From the human T2T-CHM13v2.0 reference genome, Homo sapiens: a DNA stretch of 64,000 nucleotides. The stretch lies in the NCBI RefSeq assembly GCF_009914755.1, contig NC_060930.1; one strand, given 5' to 3'. The translations under genes were made by a program, and so were the position numbers. Positions 28,047-41,045 of this stretch are shown one piece after another (position 1 is the first letter of the stretch; each line of letters opens with the position of its first letter). The notes under the pieces were generated by a model. That model had not been told where the DNA came from. It ran no database searches and was given only the letters and a program-made list of their open reading frames with translations.

Positions 28047-29519
28047 TTTACTTAAAAAAAAAATCATAATCTTTCAAACAAAAATAATGCTCTAGTCTTT
28101 TTAATTAAACCCCAATATGATTTTCTAACAATTCTGTATGCATAGTTATACCAATGTCAATTTTAATAATTAGAAAATGCTATTCATCTTTTTCATAAAT
28201 TTCATACTTTAATTCCACAAAAAATAAAAATATACATAATTTATTATTACAATATATTAATGATTTTGGCATTCTGATCTACAATATAGTTGTTATGCTT
28301 TAAATATATTATCACATTTGTATTGAATAAAACCCTGAGCTTTATCCGCCATGAAGTCTATAAAAAAGGAAAATCACAATTGGATTAACCCATGAGTATT
28401 TAAGAATTTCCTTGGTAGTTTTTTGATTCGTAATTGTATTCCAACACTTTCACAAGTAAACCGTAGGGATTTTTGCCTCCAGAAACTTTATCTGGCAGCC
28501 TAGTATAACTGTGTGGTCTTCCAGAAACAATCGTGTCTCCTTTATTTTTTTAAGCGTATATACAAAGAGAGAGTATATACAAATTAACACTAATTAGCAA
28601 GTCAGAAAAGCATGTTTTTCTCCCTAGCTCTTATGAGTGTTCATATATAATTTGCTCCAAAAGAAATTTTAGTAAGTTACAGTACTGCCAGAATTACTTT
28701 AATTTGATGGTTTTAACAGGGAAAAAAAGGAATTATGGAAATCCCCTTTGGAATTCAATCACAGAAAGGAAAGATTCAATTACTTGGAAGGTCTTTGGCA
28801 CTGTGAGATAGATATACAGAAAATGAGAGCCACACTTGGGTCATCATTAACTGTAATACCATATGGCATTTCCTCCTCTGAGCTTCTGCTACCATCTATT
28901 TACATAAAATATGAGCTGCAAACCAATAATTACAAACACACATACACACATAAATGAGAGATAACTATGCTGAGTGAAATGTAAACTGACTTTTAATTAT
29001 TCATTAATAGTAATTTAGAATATTAAGGGGCATGACACAATGTTATCCTCAGGGTCCCTATACACCAGGAATTCACCTCATTTCAGATTAACAACCCAGT
29101 ATAAAAAGGCCTATTAGGCCCAAATTATATAAATTATTCTTGAACAGAATAGGTCCAATATCAATCTATATGATTCTAAATGCTAATCTACATTCAAGGA
29201 CTAAATGGCACAAAGTAGAGTGTACATTTACAACAGTACCAAGCACATAGGTGGCATTCGCTAACAAGAGCAGTTACAGAAACATTCTCTCTACTGGCAA
29301 CTTTTCAGCTACATATGTATTAATTTAAGAGCAAGAACTAATTCGGGATATAGAGAAACACAACCCACTCTCAGTACTTTTAAGTCAAATTGTTGATCAT
29401 CAAAGATTCTACAATGAGCTTTAAGATCCTTCTCAATCTGTGGCCCTACGCAGCCACTACCAACTGAATGGAGCTGGCAGGCAAGATGGAAGTTATCTGA
29501 CATTTTATGATCTGTGATC

Positions 29520-30288
29520 TCATCTTCTCCCAGAAATCAGGATGCTAGTGAATGGCCTCACCCTCCATCCCATTATTTAAGCTAAAAGGTGTATGTCATA
29601 CTTGAACCTCTCTTTCACATGTAGTCCACATTCAATCCGACAATTGAATTGCCTTTCTAGGCATTGAATCTATCCCATTAGCACTGTCTCTGCCATAGCA
29701 CATGAATGCAAGTCTGTAATTACCTCCTACCATTCTTTCCTGTCCCCTCTAACCCTTGCTCCTCACTGCAATGAGAGTATTAGTTTTGAAGAGCACATAT
29801 AATCTTATGACCACCACCATCCCAACACAATCCTGAAACAGCTTTACATTCCTCTTGATCTTGAACACAGACCTTTATCCTTAACAAGACCTTCCAACAG
29901 CTGGCCTTCCAGATGTATTCCAGCATAAGACATACTCCTTCCCTCTCCCCCTTGACACTCCAGCCATACTCCTCTCAATCCCAGGCACCCACCCTCCAGG
30001 TACTCTCCTAGCACAAAGCCTTAGTTAGGAGCTTTCCTCTTCTCTCTGCTTTGTTAAACATCTACTTTCAGAACTCAGCTACGCTGTCCCAGGACTTCTA
30101 CTTTACAGATGCCTGTCGTATCCTGCCAACTTGCCATAAGTTTAATTTTACTGACCCTTGAGGACAGGGGCTAAATATGTGGTGGGCTTGTTCATATTAT
30201 ATGAACACCACCTAGTACATGGCCTAGCAATGGTAGATGCTAAACAAATCCTGCTTAAAAGCTAGAATGAATGAATGAAAAAATGAAT
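29520..30288 (+). mobile_element. L2 3' portion
   Basis: Pyrimidine-rich L2 body ending in cttgaggacaggg...cctagcaatggtagatgctaaacaaat...gaatgaatgaatga. Confidence 0.7.
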
Positions 30289-31499
30289 ACATTGATGCAA
30301 TTATCCATAGTAGATTATTATATCCTTGACAGAGCCAGTGTTACAGAAGAGTTGGCTCCTAATTAAACAGACATATTTTGTATATTATATATAGTATTCT
30401 ATTCATTTGATACTATTGCATTTGTTCAGTATTGCAGATAAATTACAAATTAACTGCAGTAATAATTACATGTGGGTATGATCAAAATCCCCAAATCTAT
30501 ATTAACAAACTTCCTTAAAATCAAAGTTGAGTAAATTTATATCAACTTTCCATCAATATGTGTTTTATTACATTCATTTAATAATTCCAACAATTACTAA
30601 ATTTAAAAAAATACAGGAAACTAAGCAACAAAAAGTTCTCTTAAGAGTTTTCAGGACAAAGAATACATAATGTTTCATCTGCTAAAGTAGCACCCTGGCA
30701 TCCAAAAGTTGTTTTTGCCATATTTTCAATGATAATTTTTAAAAATTACACTTGGTAAATTCAAATGGCTGAAAGAAAACACCTGTAATAAATCTTTCTC
30801 ATGGAAATCCACACTGAAAATTAGTGGAAGACCCTCCATATTGTAGTCAGATGTGAACACCCCTGTCATGACTCATGACTGCTGCCATTTCAGTATGGTC
30901 TGGTGTCAGAATATAGTAGGGACATGAGGGTTCCAGGCCTAGCACAAGCACCAAATTACTGGCAAACACTGTCACTGGAGGCTTGTTGGAGGCTTGTTTC
31001 TGCAACTCAAAACCTAAAATGACATCTCTGCCTCAGAGGATTATAGGAAGAAGATGACATAGGTATTTTAGAATTCTTAAAAAATATAATACTATAAAAT
31101 GTCACCAGAACAATTCTGAGATTTTAGAGTCATTTATGACAAGGCATGCAACCAGATTGCCAACTCTTGTGGCAAAATCAAACCTCTGCATGGTACAACA
31201 TCCCCAAATTCCACATAATTTAACCAGATGCACTTAAAAATCACTGCATTGCATTGGTGCCACAGTTTTTTGTTCCTATACATTTCTTACAATATATTCT
31301 ACTGGTCTTAAAGAAGTTTGTACTGAGCAAGCATCATATCTATTCAACTTTCTTTCTGTAGAGTCTAGCTCTTTATGCAAAGACATACTTAATAAAATGC
31401 TTGTGAAGAGTCATACAACGAGATAATATTTACTCAAAATAAGACAAATAATATTCTGCACTCATAGCCATAGTAACCTATGATATAAGAAAGTGTGTT

Positions 31500-31882
<383 letters not shown>

Positions 31883-33559
31883 CTAGGTACTTACAATGCC
31901 AATATCATATAAGTCATGTGAATTGCAAGTACAACTCAAGACAAACTATATTTTAAAGATATTTAAGAAGGATTTTTAAATGGGTGCGTGTATTTTAAAA
32001 TGTTATGACATTTAAAACAAGTCCACGTCTTACCGATTTTTTAGTAGTAAAAAGAAGAAATAATACATTCTATCAATATATACCTTTGGAAAGAATCAAG
32101 CTGTAAAACACTGAAAACTCTTCAATTTTCATAGGTAATAGTGGCTTTAGGGCTTTCAAAGTATAACTTTTTATGGATTAATCATTTGCAATCTTTCAGA
32201 CTTTGATCATATATTATGAATGTTAAATGTTATAATACCTTTCTTAGTTACATGAATTCAAGCGGCTGTTATTCTATAATTCTAAATACAATTCATTTCT
32301 GGCTATGCCTAATTTTACACTTTATGCCTTTTTTCCTTTAACTTAAATATGTTGTTTGGCCAACTTCCAGCTTTGGATTTTTAAGGTTTATATTGGAACA
32401 AGTTTCATTCCAATTTGATTTGTGACATAGATAACATTGTAAGCTACTTTTCTATATTGCCTCTGAAAAAGAGCTATTTCCATTCCTACACAGTATACAG
32501 ATTAAGAAAGTTAACATAAGTAATGTACCACTATAATTTGAAAATATTCATCTTGTTCACGTTCTCTAGCTCTTACTAAGAGATTTATAATGCCACTGAA
32601 ACAAGAATTGATGAATTCATCACTGTCTGGGACATTTTGATCATAATCAATAACATAATTTTACCCTTAAATAGGATTTCAATTAATGCATATTTTTCAA
32701 AGCAATTTTCCTTTAAAATAAAATGGGTTTTTGTACCATGAGTTATTAACCCATTAGGTGCCAAAAAGAAAATTATTCTGTCTCTGAAGTTCTACATCAG
32801 AAAAAAAAGAAATGAAACCAAACTCTGTTCTATTATACATTTCCCACAGGTACATTTCATAAAAAATTACATTATTATATTTTCATCATGGAAAATGAAA
32901 AGTAATATACTTTCGTAAAATGATAGAACCATGAAAGTTTTATTAGATAAAAGTGAGGACACCCAAATGCATTGCTACTGCTTGGACAGAGTATATTTAT
33001 CAGCAAAGAAAACATTTTCATCTAAACAAAATTTATTTGTCATATCATTATGAAACATCAAGAACAATATTAAAAACCCTGTGAAACTTATGCCAGGCAT
33101 ACAAAATACACTCTATTTTATGATAATCCTCCTATCCTAGCCATTTCATCCATTATTTTCCTGTTCTCACTACTAGAATGTTGAAAGAACACAGATTTCT
33201 CTCACACACAATACAAAATAGCTTCCTTCAACAAAAATAACTCAAAATTCAAAAATTATTTTAAATGTATAGTATAATCATTTTATTATAAAGAAGTCAC
33301 CCTCATTTTTTTAAGCTTCAAAGCATGTCCTCTACTTTACTACTTTCTCAGAAATAAGCCTAAGTATTTTACCCCTTGTTTCAATCACAATTAGCTGGTT
33401 CTTGCTAAATGATTCAGTCCAGCTCCTTATGAAAGCATGCAAGAGGCTCACTTCTCACCTTTCCTTATGCAGTGTTCTCTAGTTCTGCCCACTAAATCTG
33501 TTTCACCATCACACTGTGTCTTTGTATGCAATTTCCTCTGCATCTTCTCCCCTTCCCAT

Positions 33560-33825
33560 GTAGAAAATGTGAACTGATCCTTCAAAATAAAAAACACACA
33601 CTATTTTCTCGTAGAGTCTTCTATGACCCCCTTGGATAACTGCTTCCTTCCCTATGATTCCATAGCTATTTATGCAGACCTCTGAGACAGTGTTCAATTT
33701 GCATTCTAATTATTTATCTACTTGTTTGTCCTTCCTACAAGAGTAGGAGGCTCCTGGAGGTAGAACTCATTGGTCCTTCTATCACTAGTAACCCTCAAGA
33801 TTCGGTACCTAAGACATTCAACAAA
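33560..33825 (+). mobile_element. L2 3' fragment
   Basis: ttatctacttgtttgtccttcctacaagagtaggaggctcctggaggtagaac... Confidence 0.55.
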
Positions 33826-34067
33826 GTAAAGAGATGGGATGAGTGATTGCTGTCCACATGGTCTGTTCATTGATCTTAAAACCGTCAGCCCCAAAGTAGG
33901 GACTTGCCAATTATTTAGAAATGCCTATCTAATCTTTCTACTGTATTCAACTTGTGTAGGAGAGTTCAAGTTCCTGGGCTGGGTACTCAAGATGTTTGAT
34001 TTTCAAATTAAAGAGATGAAATTTATGACACTAAGAATTCTGGGTGCTGAGCAACAACATTCAACTA

Positions 34068-34475
<408 letters not shown>

Positions 34476-34914
34476 CTAATGCCTAAAATGCAGCAGGAAG
34501 ATACAGAGATTAAAATCAGGTTAAAGCAAAACTATAAAGACAAGTAGTAATGAGGATATACAAGGTGCAAAGACATACAGTTCCCACGGACAATGAGGTT
34601 AGTAGGGGTTGGTTTGGGAGACCTGGCGGTGGCCTTATTAGGCAGGGTGGGGAACCCTGAGCACAGAGGTTTCTTTACTAGAAGTAACCAAACAGATTCT
34701 AAACTCTGCTCTCTAACACTTGAAGGTTCCTGTGTCCTGGAAATCTTTATTCACCAAACGCAGTTTGTTGCTTTGTTAAATATGACAGGGTTATGGCTGA
34801 AGTAATAATCTACGCGTATCTATGTATTTAACATATTCTTTAGTCCCTCACACTTTTCTTGAAGCAGAAAAAAAGGCACAGAGAAACAGTTAAATGTGAG
34901 GCAGAAATAATTTT

Positions 34915-35965
34915 TTCTTTTAAAATTAAATTGTTTATTAAAATATATCGAGGGGATACAAGTGCAGGTTTCTTACATGCGTATACTGTGTGGCGCTGAA
35001 GTCTGGGCTTTTGATGTATTCATCACTTGAACAGTGACCACTGTACCCAGTAGGTTTTTCAACCCTCATCCCCTCCCACCTTTTGTATTCCCTAATATCT
35101 ATTATTCCACTATGTCCATGTGTACATGTTTAGCCCCCATCTGTGAGAACATGCAAGCTTATATATATCTGCAATAAACATATGAATGAAGGTATCTTTT
35201 TTTTTTTAATAATTTCTTTCCCTTTGGGTACATATCCAGTAATGGGATTGCTGGATCGAATGATAGTTCTATTTTTAGTTCTTACAGAAATCTCCAAAAA
35301 GGACAATCTGAAACCTGAAACGGGGCAACCTGTTTGGAAAACAGCATGGAGATTTTTTTAATGAGGTTACTTTTTTTTTTTTTTCTTGTTGAGTTGTTTG
35401 AGTTCCTTGTAGATTCTGGATATTAGCCCTTTGTTGGATGCATAGCTTGCAAATTTTTTTTCCATTCTGTAAGTTGTCTGTTTACACTGTTGATTGTTTC
35501 TTTTGCTGAGAAGAAGCTTTTTAGTTTAATTAAGTTCCATTTATCTATTTTTGTTTATGTTGCATTTCATTTTGAAGACATGGTCATAAATTATTTGCCT
35601 AAACCCATGTCCAGAAGAGTTTTTCCCAGTTTTTCTTATAGGATTTTAATAGTTTCAGGTCTTACATTTAAATCTTCAATCAACCTTGAGTTAATTTTTG
35701 CATATGGTGAAAGGTGTGAGTCCAGTTTTCATCCTTCTGCATATAGCTACCCAATTTTCCCAGCACCATTTATTGAATAGGGTGTCCTTTCTCCAATGTA
35801 TATCTTTGTCAACTAGGTCAAAGATCCATTGCTTATAGGTATGTGGCTTTATTTCTGGTTTCTCTATCCTGTTCCATTAATCTATGTGTGTATTTTTATA
35901 CCAGTATGATGCTGTTTTGGTTACTATAGCTTTGTGGTATAATTGAAAGTCAGGTAATGTGATAT
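34915..35965 (-). mobile_element. Old L1 (L1PB/L1MA-like) 3' region, internally deleted and rearranged
   Basis: Antisense 3' UTR followed by ORF2 segments (..[20 protein letters not shown]). Confidence 0.85.
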
Positions 35966-36979
35966 GAGGTAGGAATGATTCTGTTGCACACTGTAGAGAT
36001 TTTCTGTTCCAAAGGCTTGGGTTGGGGGAAAGGGAGGCAGAAGAGCGATTGAAGCTGAAGGGAAAGGTGTGAAGGAACCAAGAGCCTTGACAAGATGAAG
36101 GCAGGGGGAAGCATCTTGCACTGGGAGAACAAGGGAGCAGAGTAGAACCCGACACCCAGCTGCTCCCAAATATGCCTCCACCCTACAAAACATCAACCCA
36201 TTGCCTGTGCACAACCCACCAGCCGATGGTCCTACATTCCTTATCAGCTAATTCTTAGCAGAAAGCCTTTTATATATCAGGGATTGCTCAAAAATAGTTC
36301 ACATGGATTAATTCTTCCAATGCTCACAATAACCCTGTGAGGCAGGCACCATTACTATCTCATTTCACAGAAAAGTGTGGCAGGGAAGAGTTAATATCAA
36401 GGCCACAGAGACTGACACTCTTCTAAGCAAGGAGGTGATAACCTGACCACTGTATGTGGGGATGAGCACGTAAGGGGAGATTTTGTGCTACCCAGGAAGA
36501 AACTGAACAGGAAAAAAAAAAAAAGGAAATTTCCCTATGAGTTGGGTTAGTTGCAGACATCACTGTAAAGTTTAGTAAAAGCCATCTTGAAACTGCTGCA
36601 TGTCCAGAGGAAACAATCACAAAACGAAGAGCATTTTAAATATTGTTTTAAAATGTTTTTTAAGACAGGTGTTAAAAATTACTATGATTAGATTAGAACT
36701 TGCACTGGTTCCTTGTAGACAGAAAATAAGTGTGTACTTCCAGGAAAAGAGACGACAAGAGGAGTAAAGCAACAAGTTAGATTGGGGATTAAGTGGGCTT
36801 CAGTTTCCTCACTTATAAAAAAGAGAAGATAGAATTGAAACAAAACCAAAAACAACTTCTATCTGAAACCTACCCCCAACTCCCAAGTTACATGAAACTA
36901 AAAAGAAAAGCCCAGACTTTGGATGGGGAGAATGTAGCTGAATTCAGTTATTTGCTATACTGGTGAAGCCCCACAATAC

Positions 36980-38030
36980 TTTTTTTTTCATTTTATTTTT
37001 TGAATTTTTGAATATTTTATTTCCTCTAAAAAAAAAAGGTGGGGGGATATGTGTGCAGAACATGCAGGTATACACGTTCTGGTACATAGGTATATGTGTG
37101 CCATGGTGGTTTGCTGCACCTATTGACCTGTCCTCGAAGTTCCTTCCCCTCACCCTCCACCCTGCAACAGGCCCTGGTGTGTGTTGTTACCCTGTGTCCA
37201 GGTGTTCTCAATGTTCAACTCCCACCTATGAGTGGGAACATGCAGTGTTTGGTTTTCTCTTCCTGTGTTAGTTTGCTGAGGATGATGGCTTCCAGCTTCA
37301 TCCATGTCCCTGCAAAGGACACGATTTCATTCTTTTTTATGGCTGCATAGTATTCCATGGTGTATACGTACCGCATTTTCTTTATCCAGTCTATCACTGA
37401 TAGGTATTTGGGTTGGTTCCATGTCTTTGCTATTGTGAACAGTGCCGCAATAAACATACGTGTACATATGTCTTTATAGCAGAATGATTTATATTCCTTT
37501 GGGTATATACCCAGTAATGGGATTGCTGGGTTAAATAGTATTTATGGTTCTAGGTCCTTGAGGAATCACCATACTGTCTTCCACAACGGTCGAACTAATT
37601 TACATTCCTACCACCAGTGTAAAAGTGTTCCTATTTCTCCATGGCCTGGCCAGCATCTATTGTTTCCTGACTTTTTAATAATTGCCATTCTGACTGGCGT
37701 GGCATGGTATCTCATTGTGGTTTTGATTTGCATTTCTCTGGTGATCAGTGATGTTGAGATTTTTTTCATATGTTTGTTGGCTGTGAAAACTTTTGAGAAG
37801 TGTCTGTTCATATCCTTTGCCCACTTTTTGATGCTGTTTTTTTTTCTTGTAAATACGTTTAAGTTCCTTGTAAATTCTGTATATTAGACTTTGTCAGATG
37901 GGTATACTGCAAAAATTTTCTCCCATTCTCTAGGTTGCCTGTGCACTCTGATGATAGTTTCTTTTGCTGTGCAGAAGCTCTTTAGTTTAATTAGATCCCA
38001 TTTGTCAATCTGGCTTTTGTTGCAATTGCT
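36980..38030 (-). mobile_element. L1PA (PA8-like) 3' end: 3' UTR and ORF2 C-terminus
   Basis: ORF 37215-37457 matches the ORF2p C-terminus (MFIAALFTIAKTWNQPK...HCMFPLIGGS); T-rich tail at left. Confidence 0.94.
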
Positions 38031-39237
38031 AAAACCACATGATTATCTCAACAGATGCAGAAAAGGCCTTTGATAAAATTCAACATCCCCTCATGTTAAA
38101 AACTCTCAATAAACTAGATATCGATGGAACATATCTTAAAATAATAAGAGCTATTTATGACAAACCCACAGCCAGCATCATATTGAATAGGCAAAAGCTG
38201 GAAGCATTCCCTTTGACAACCAGTACAAGACAAGGACGCCCCCTCTCACCACTCCTATTCAACATAGTATTGGAAGTTCTGGCCAGGGCAATCAGGCAAG
38301 AGAAAGAAATAAAGGGTATTCAAATGGGAAGACAGGAAGTCAAGTTGTCTCTGTTTGCAGATGACATGATTTTATATTTAGAAAACCCCATTATCTCAGC
38401 CCAAAAACTTCTTGAACTGATAAGTAACTTCAGCAAAGTCTCAGGATACAAAATCAATGTGCAAAAATCACAAGAATTCCTTTATACTGACAACAGGCAA
38501 GCAGAGAGACAAATCATGAATGAACTCCCATTCACAATGGCTACAAAGAGAATAAAATACCTAGGAATACAGCCAACAAGGGATGTGAAGGACCTCTTCA
38601 AGGAGAACTACAAATCACTGCTCAGAGAAATAAGATAGGACACAAACAAATGGAAAAATATTCCACCCTCATGGATAGGAACAATCAATATTGTGAAAAT
38701 GGCCATACTTCCCAAAGTAATTTATAGATTCAATGCTATTCCCATAAAACTGCCATTGACATTCTTCACAGAATTAGAAAAAAACTATTTTAAATTATGG
38801 AATCAAAGAAGACCCTGTATAGCCTAGACAATCCTAAGCAAAAGGAACAAAGTTGGAGACATCATGCTACCTGACTTCAAACTATACTACAAGGGTACAG
38901 TAACCAAAACAGCATGGTACTGGTACCAAAATAGACATACAGACTAATGGAGCAGAACAGAGACCTCAGAAATAACACCACACATCTATAACCATCTGAT
39001 CTTCAACAAACCTGACAAAAACAAGCAATGGGAAAAGGATCTCCTATTCAGTAAATGGTGCTGGAAAACTGGCTCGACATATGCGGAAAACTGAAACGGG
39101 ATCCCTTCCTTACACATCTTATACAAAAATTAATTCGATTGATTAAAGACTTACTTAAATTTAAAACCTCAAACCATAAAAACCCTAGAAGAAAATCTAG
39201 GCAATACCATTCAGGACATAGGCATGGGCAAAGACTT
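38031..39237 (+). mobile_element. L1PA ORF2 segment, inverted 5' part of the same insertion
   Basis: Sense ORF2 sequence directly abutting the antisense 3' part; ends at ggcatgggcaaagactt. Confidence 0.94.
38039..38638 (+). pseudogene. L1 ORF2p reverse transcriptase domain remnant (199 aa)
   Basis: [41 protein letters not shown] (FADD catalytic motif), [15 protein letters not shown]; truncated by a premature stop. Confidence 0.92.
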
Positions 39238-40789
39238 TTAATTATTCTCAGTTTATTCTCAATCCAGTTTTAAGATGTCTATAAGAAAAGAGGAGGGAGT
39301 AGTTTTTGTTTCTATCATGTGAGATACACTGTGGTTAGAATGCGGCATGCTTTATAAGTCTGAGGATCATTATAATGGTATATAAATAACAATGAGACTA
39401 GTGAATAAATATCCTGGATTTTCCACTGATCTGGGGAAAATAAGTAAATCTGCAAAGAAGCTATAATTCCTTGGAAAACAGATGTGAACTAAAATATCAT
39501 TTTTTAAAAATGGCATTGTATATACAAATGCTCTGCAATTACTTTTAAGAAAAAAGTTACAGGACTCAAATTTCCTATCTCCACAGAGCGCTAAGATATT
39601 AGTCCTAGGAGAGCGAAATGTCCTGGAAGCCAAGAAAAGCAGAGAAAATAAGAACATAAATTCAGGAGGTGAATTAAGGTTGTTCACATGGAGTAACATT
39701 TTATAATGCTTTTATGTCAAAAATAAATTTGAGATTAATCATTTTCCCACAAAAAATGTTGTACAAACTCCCATTTTTAAATTATGTCAAGGTTTAAAAA
39801 TAGAACACTCATTTTTAGGCTATGTTGGTAATTATGTTAAAGCACTACAGTACTTCAGGAAAATAATTAATACAATGAGGTTTCTTGGTACTATGAGCTA
39901 CCTTGGTATCTATAACCTGCATATTAAAATTTAACAAGTAAGAGCTTATAACAATCAGAGTTTCAGGACAAGCAAATTGACTAATTCTTGTTTCCATTAT
40001 AAACAAACATTGAATTTACAAGGTGGAATACAGATGACGTATTCAAATGAGTTTACAAAGTACTTAGGATTATGAATATAAACCTACATTAATAAGAAGA
40101 CTGAACACATCAGGTTACTGCTAAACTCTAATTACTTACAAATTAATCAAGTACAATAAAGAAAATTATCATTTGAAAGACATTCTTGATAATACTACTA
40201 AGAACTGTCAAGCTTCAATTATCCATGCTAATTCAGAAAGCTGGCTAATCCTAAACAGTGGATAATTTAACAATTCTTTCTATTGGCACAGATTATATTT
40301 CTGTGCGTGACAAATTTACCTTAGCAATTTGTTTTTCTTAGTTTAATATTAAAAACAAGTCTTGCTTCCTTGCTAGATCAGAATGCAAAGCCAGCCAGAA
40401 GATTTTTTACAATTTTAAACGGGTTAATTACCAAGTATATAATCCACATATACAGTATATAAAATCTAAATGCTGTTTAAAATATTTTAGTTAAGCTTTC
40501 AACCACATTTAATAAATGCATGTTAAGGTATGTAGATTATGACAAAAATGATAAAAAGGATGCAAATTTTTTTCTATCACTTTGAAAGTCTGTCAAAATT
40601 TAAGTCATATAAAGTACCTTGTGAGTTATTATTTCATTTTACAGATAAAACTATAGAACCTTCAAGAAGTTTCATGTGGAGTGACTCCATTATGGTAAGT
40701 ATATTGGTGTCCTATATATATATTTAAAATATCTATCGCAAACATAGATCTTTTGAGTTCCCTCTTTCTCACTTTTCTAACAGAAAAAT

Positions 40790-41045
40790 ATAGCATACAC
40801 AGGGCATAGTAAAGAACATGGATACTGGAGCTTGAATATCTGGATTGGAATCTCGATTCACCACTTAGAGCTGAGTAAAAATAGGCAAATTATTTAACTT
40901 CTTAGAGCCTCAGTTTCTTCATCTATAAGATGGGGTTAATATTAGTACTTATCTCTTAGGGTTGTTATGAAGACTAAATTAAATGATACATGCAAAGCAG
41001 TTGGAACAGAACCTGGCACATAGTAAATACTCAATGAATGTTAGG
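40790..41045 (+). mobile_element. MIR, near full length
   Basis: ggcaaattatttaacttcttagagcctcagtttcttcatctataagatgggg...cctggcacatagtaaatactcaatgaatgttag. Confidence 0.9.

Noticed and set aside
30977-30999. 11-bp tandem duplication ggaggcttgtt
   Set aside because: Ordinary slippage micro-duplication
32573-32670. TGATGA box and 14-bp palindrome tgatgaattcatca (snoRNA?), plus a minus-strand open frame NYVIDYDQNVPDSDEF ending at gtaaga
   Set aside because: No properly placed D box or terminal stem; acceptor is weak; peptide not recognised
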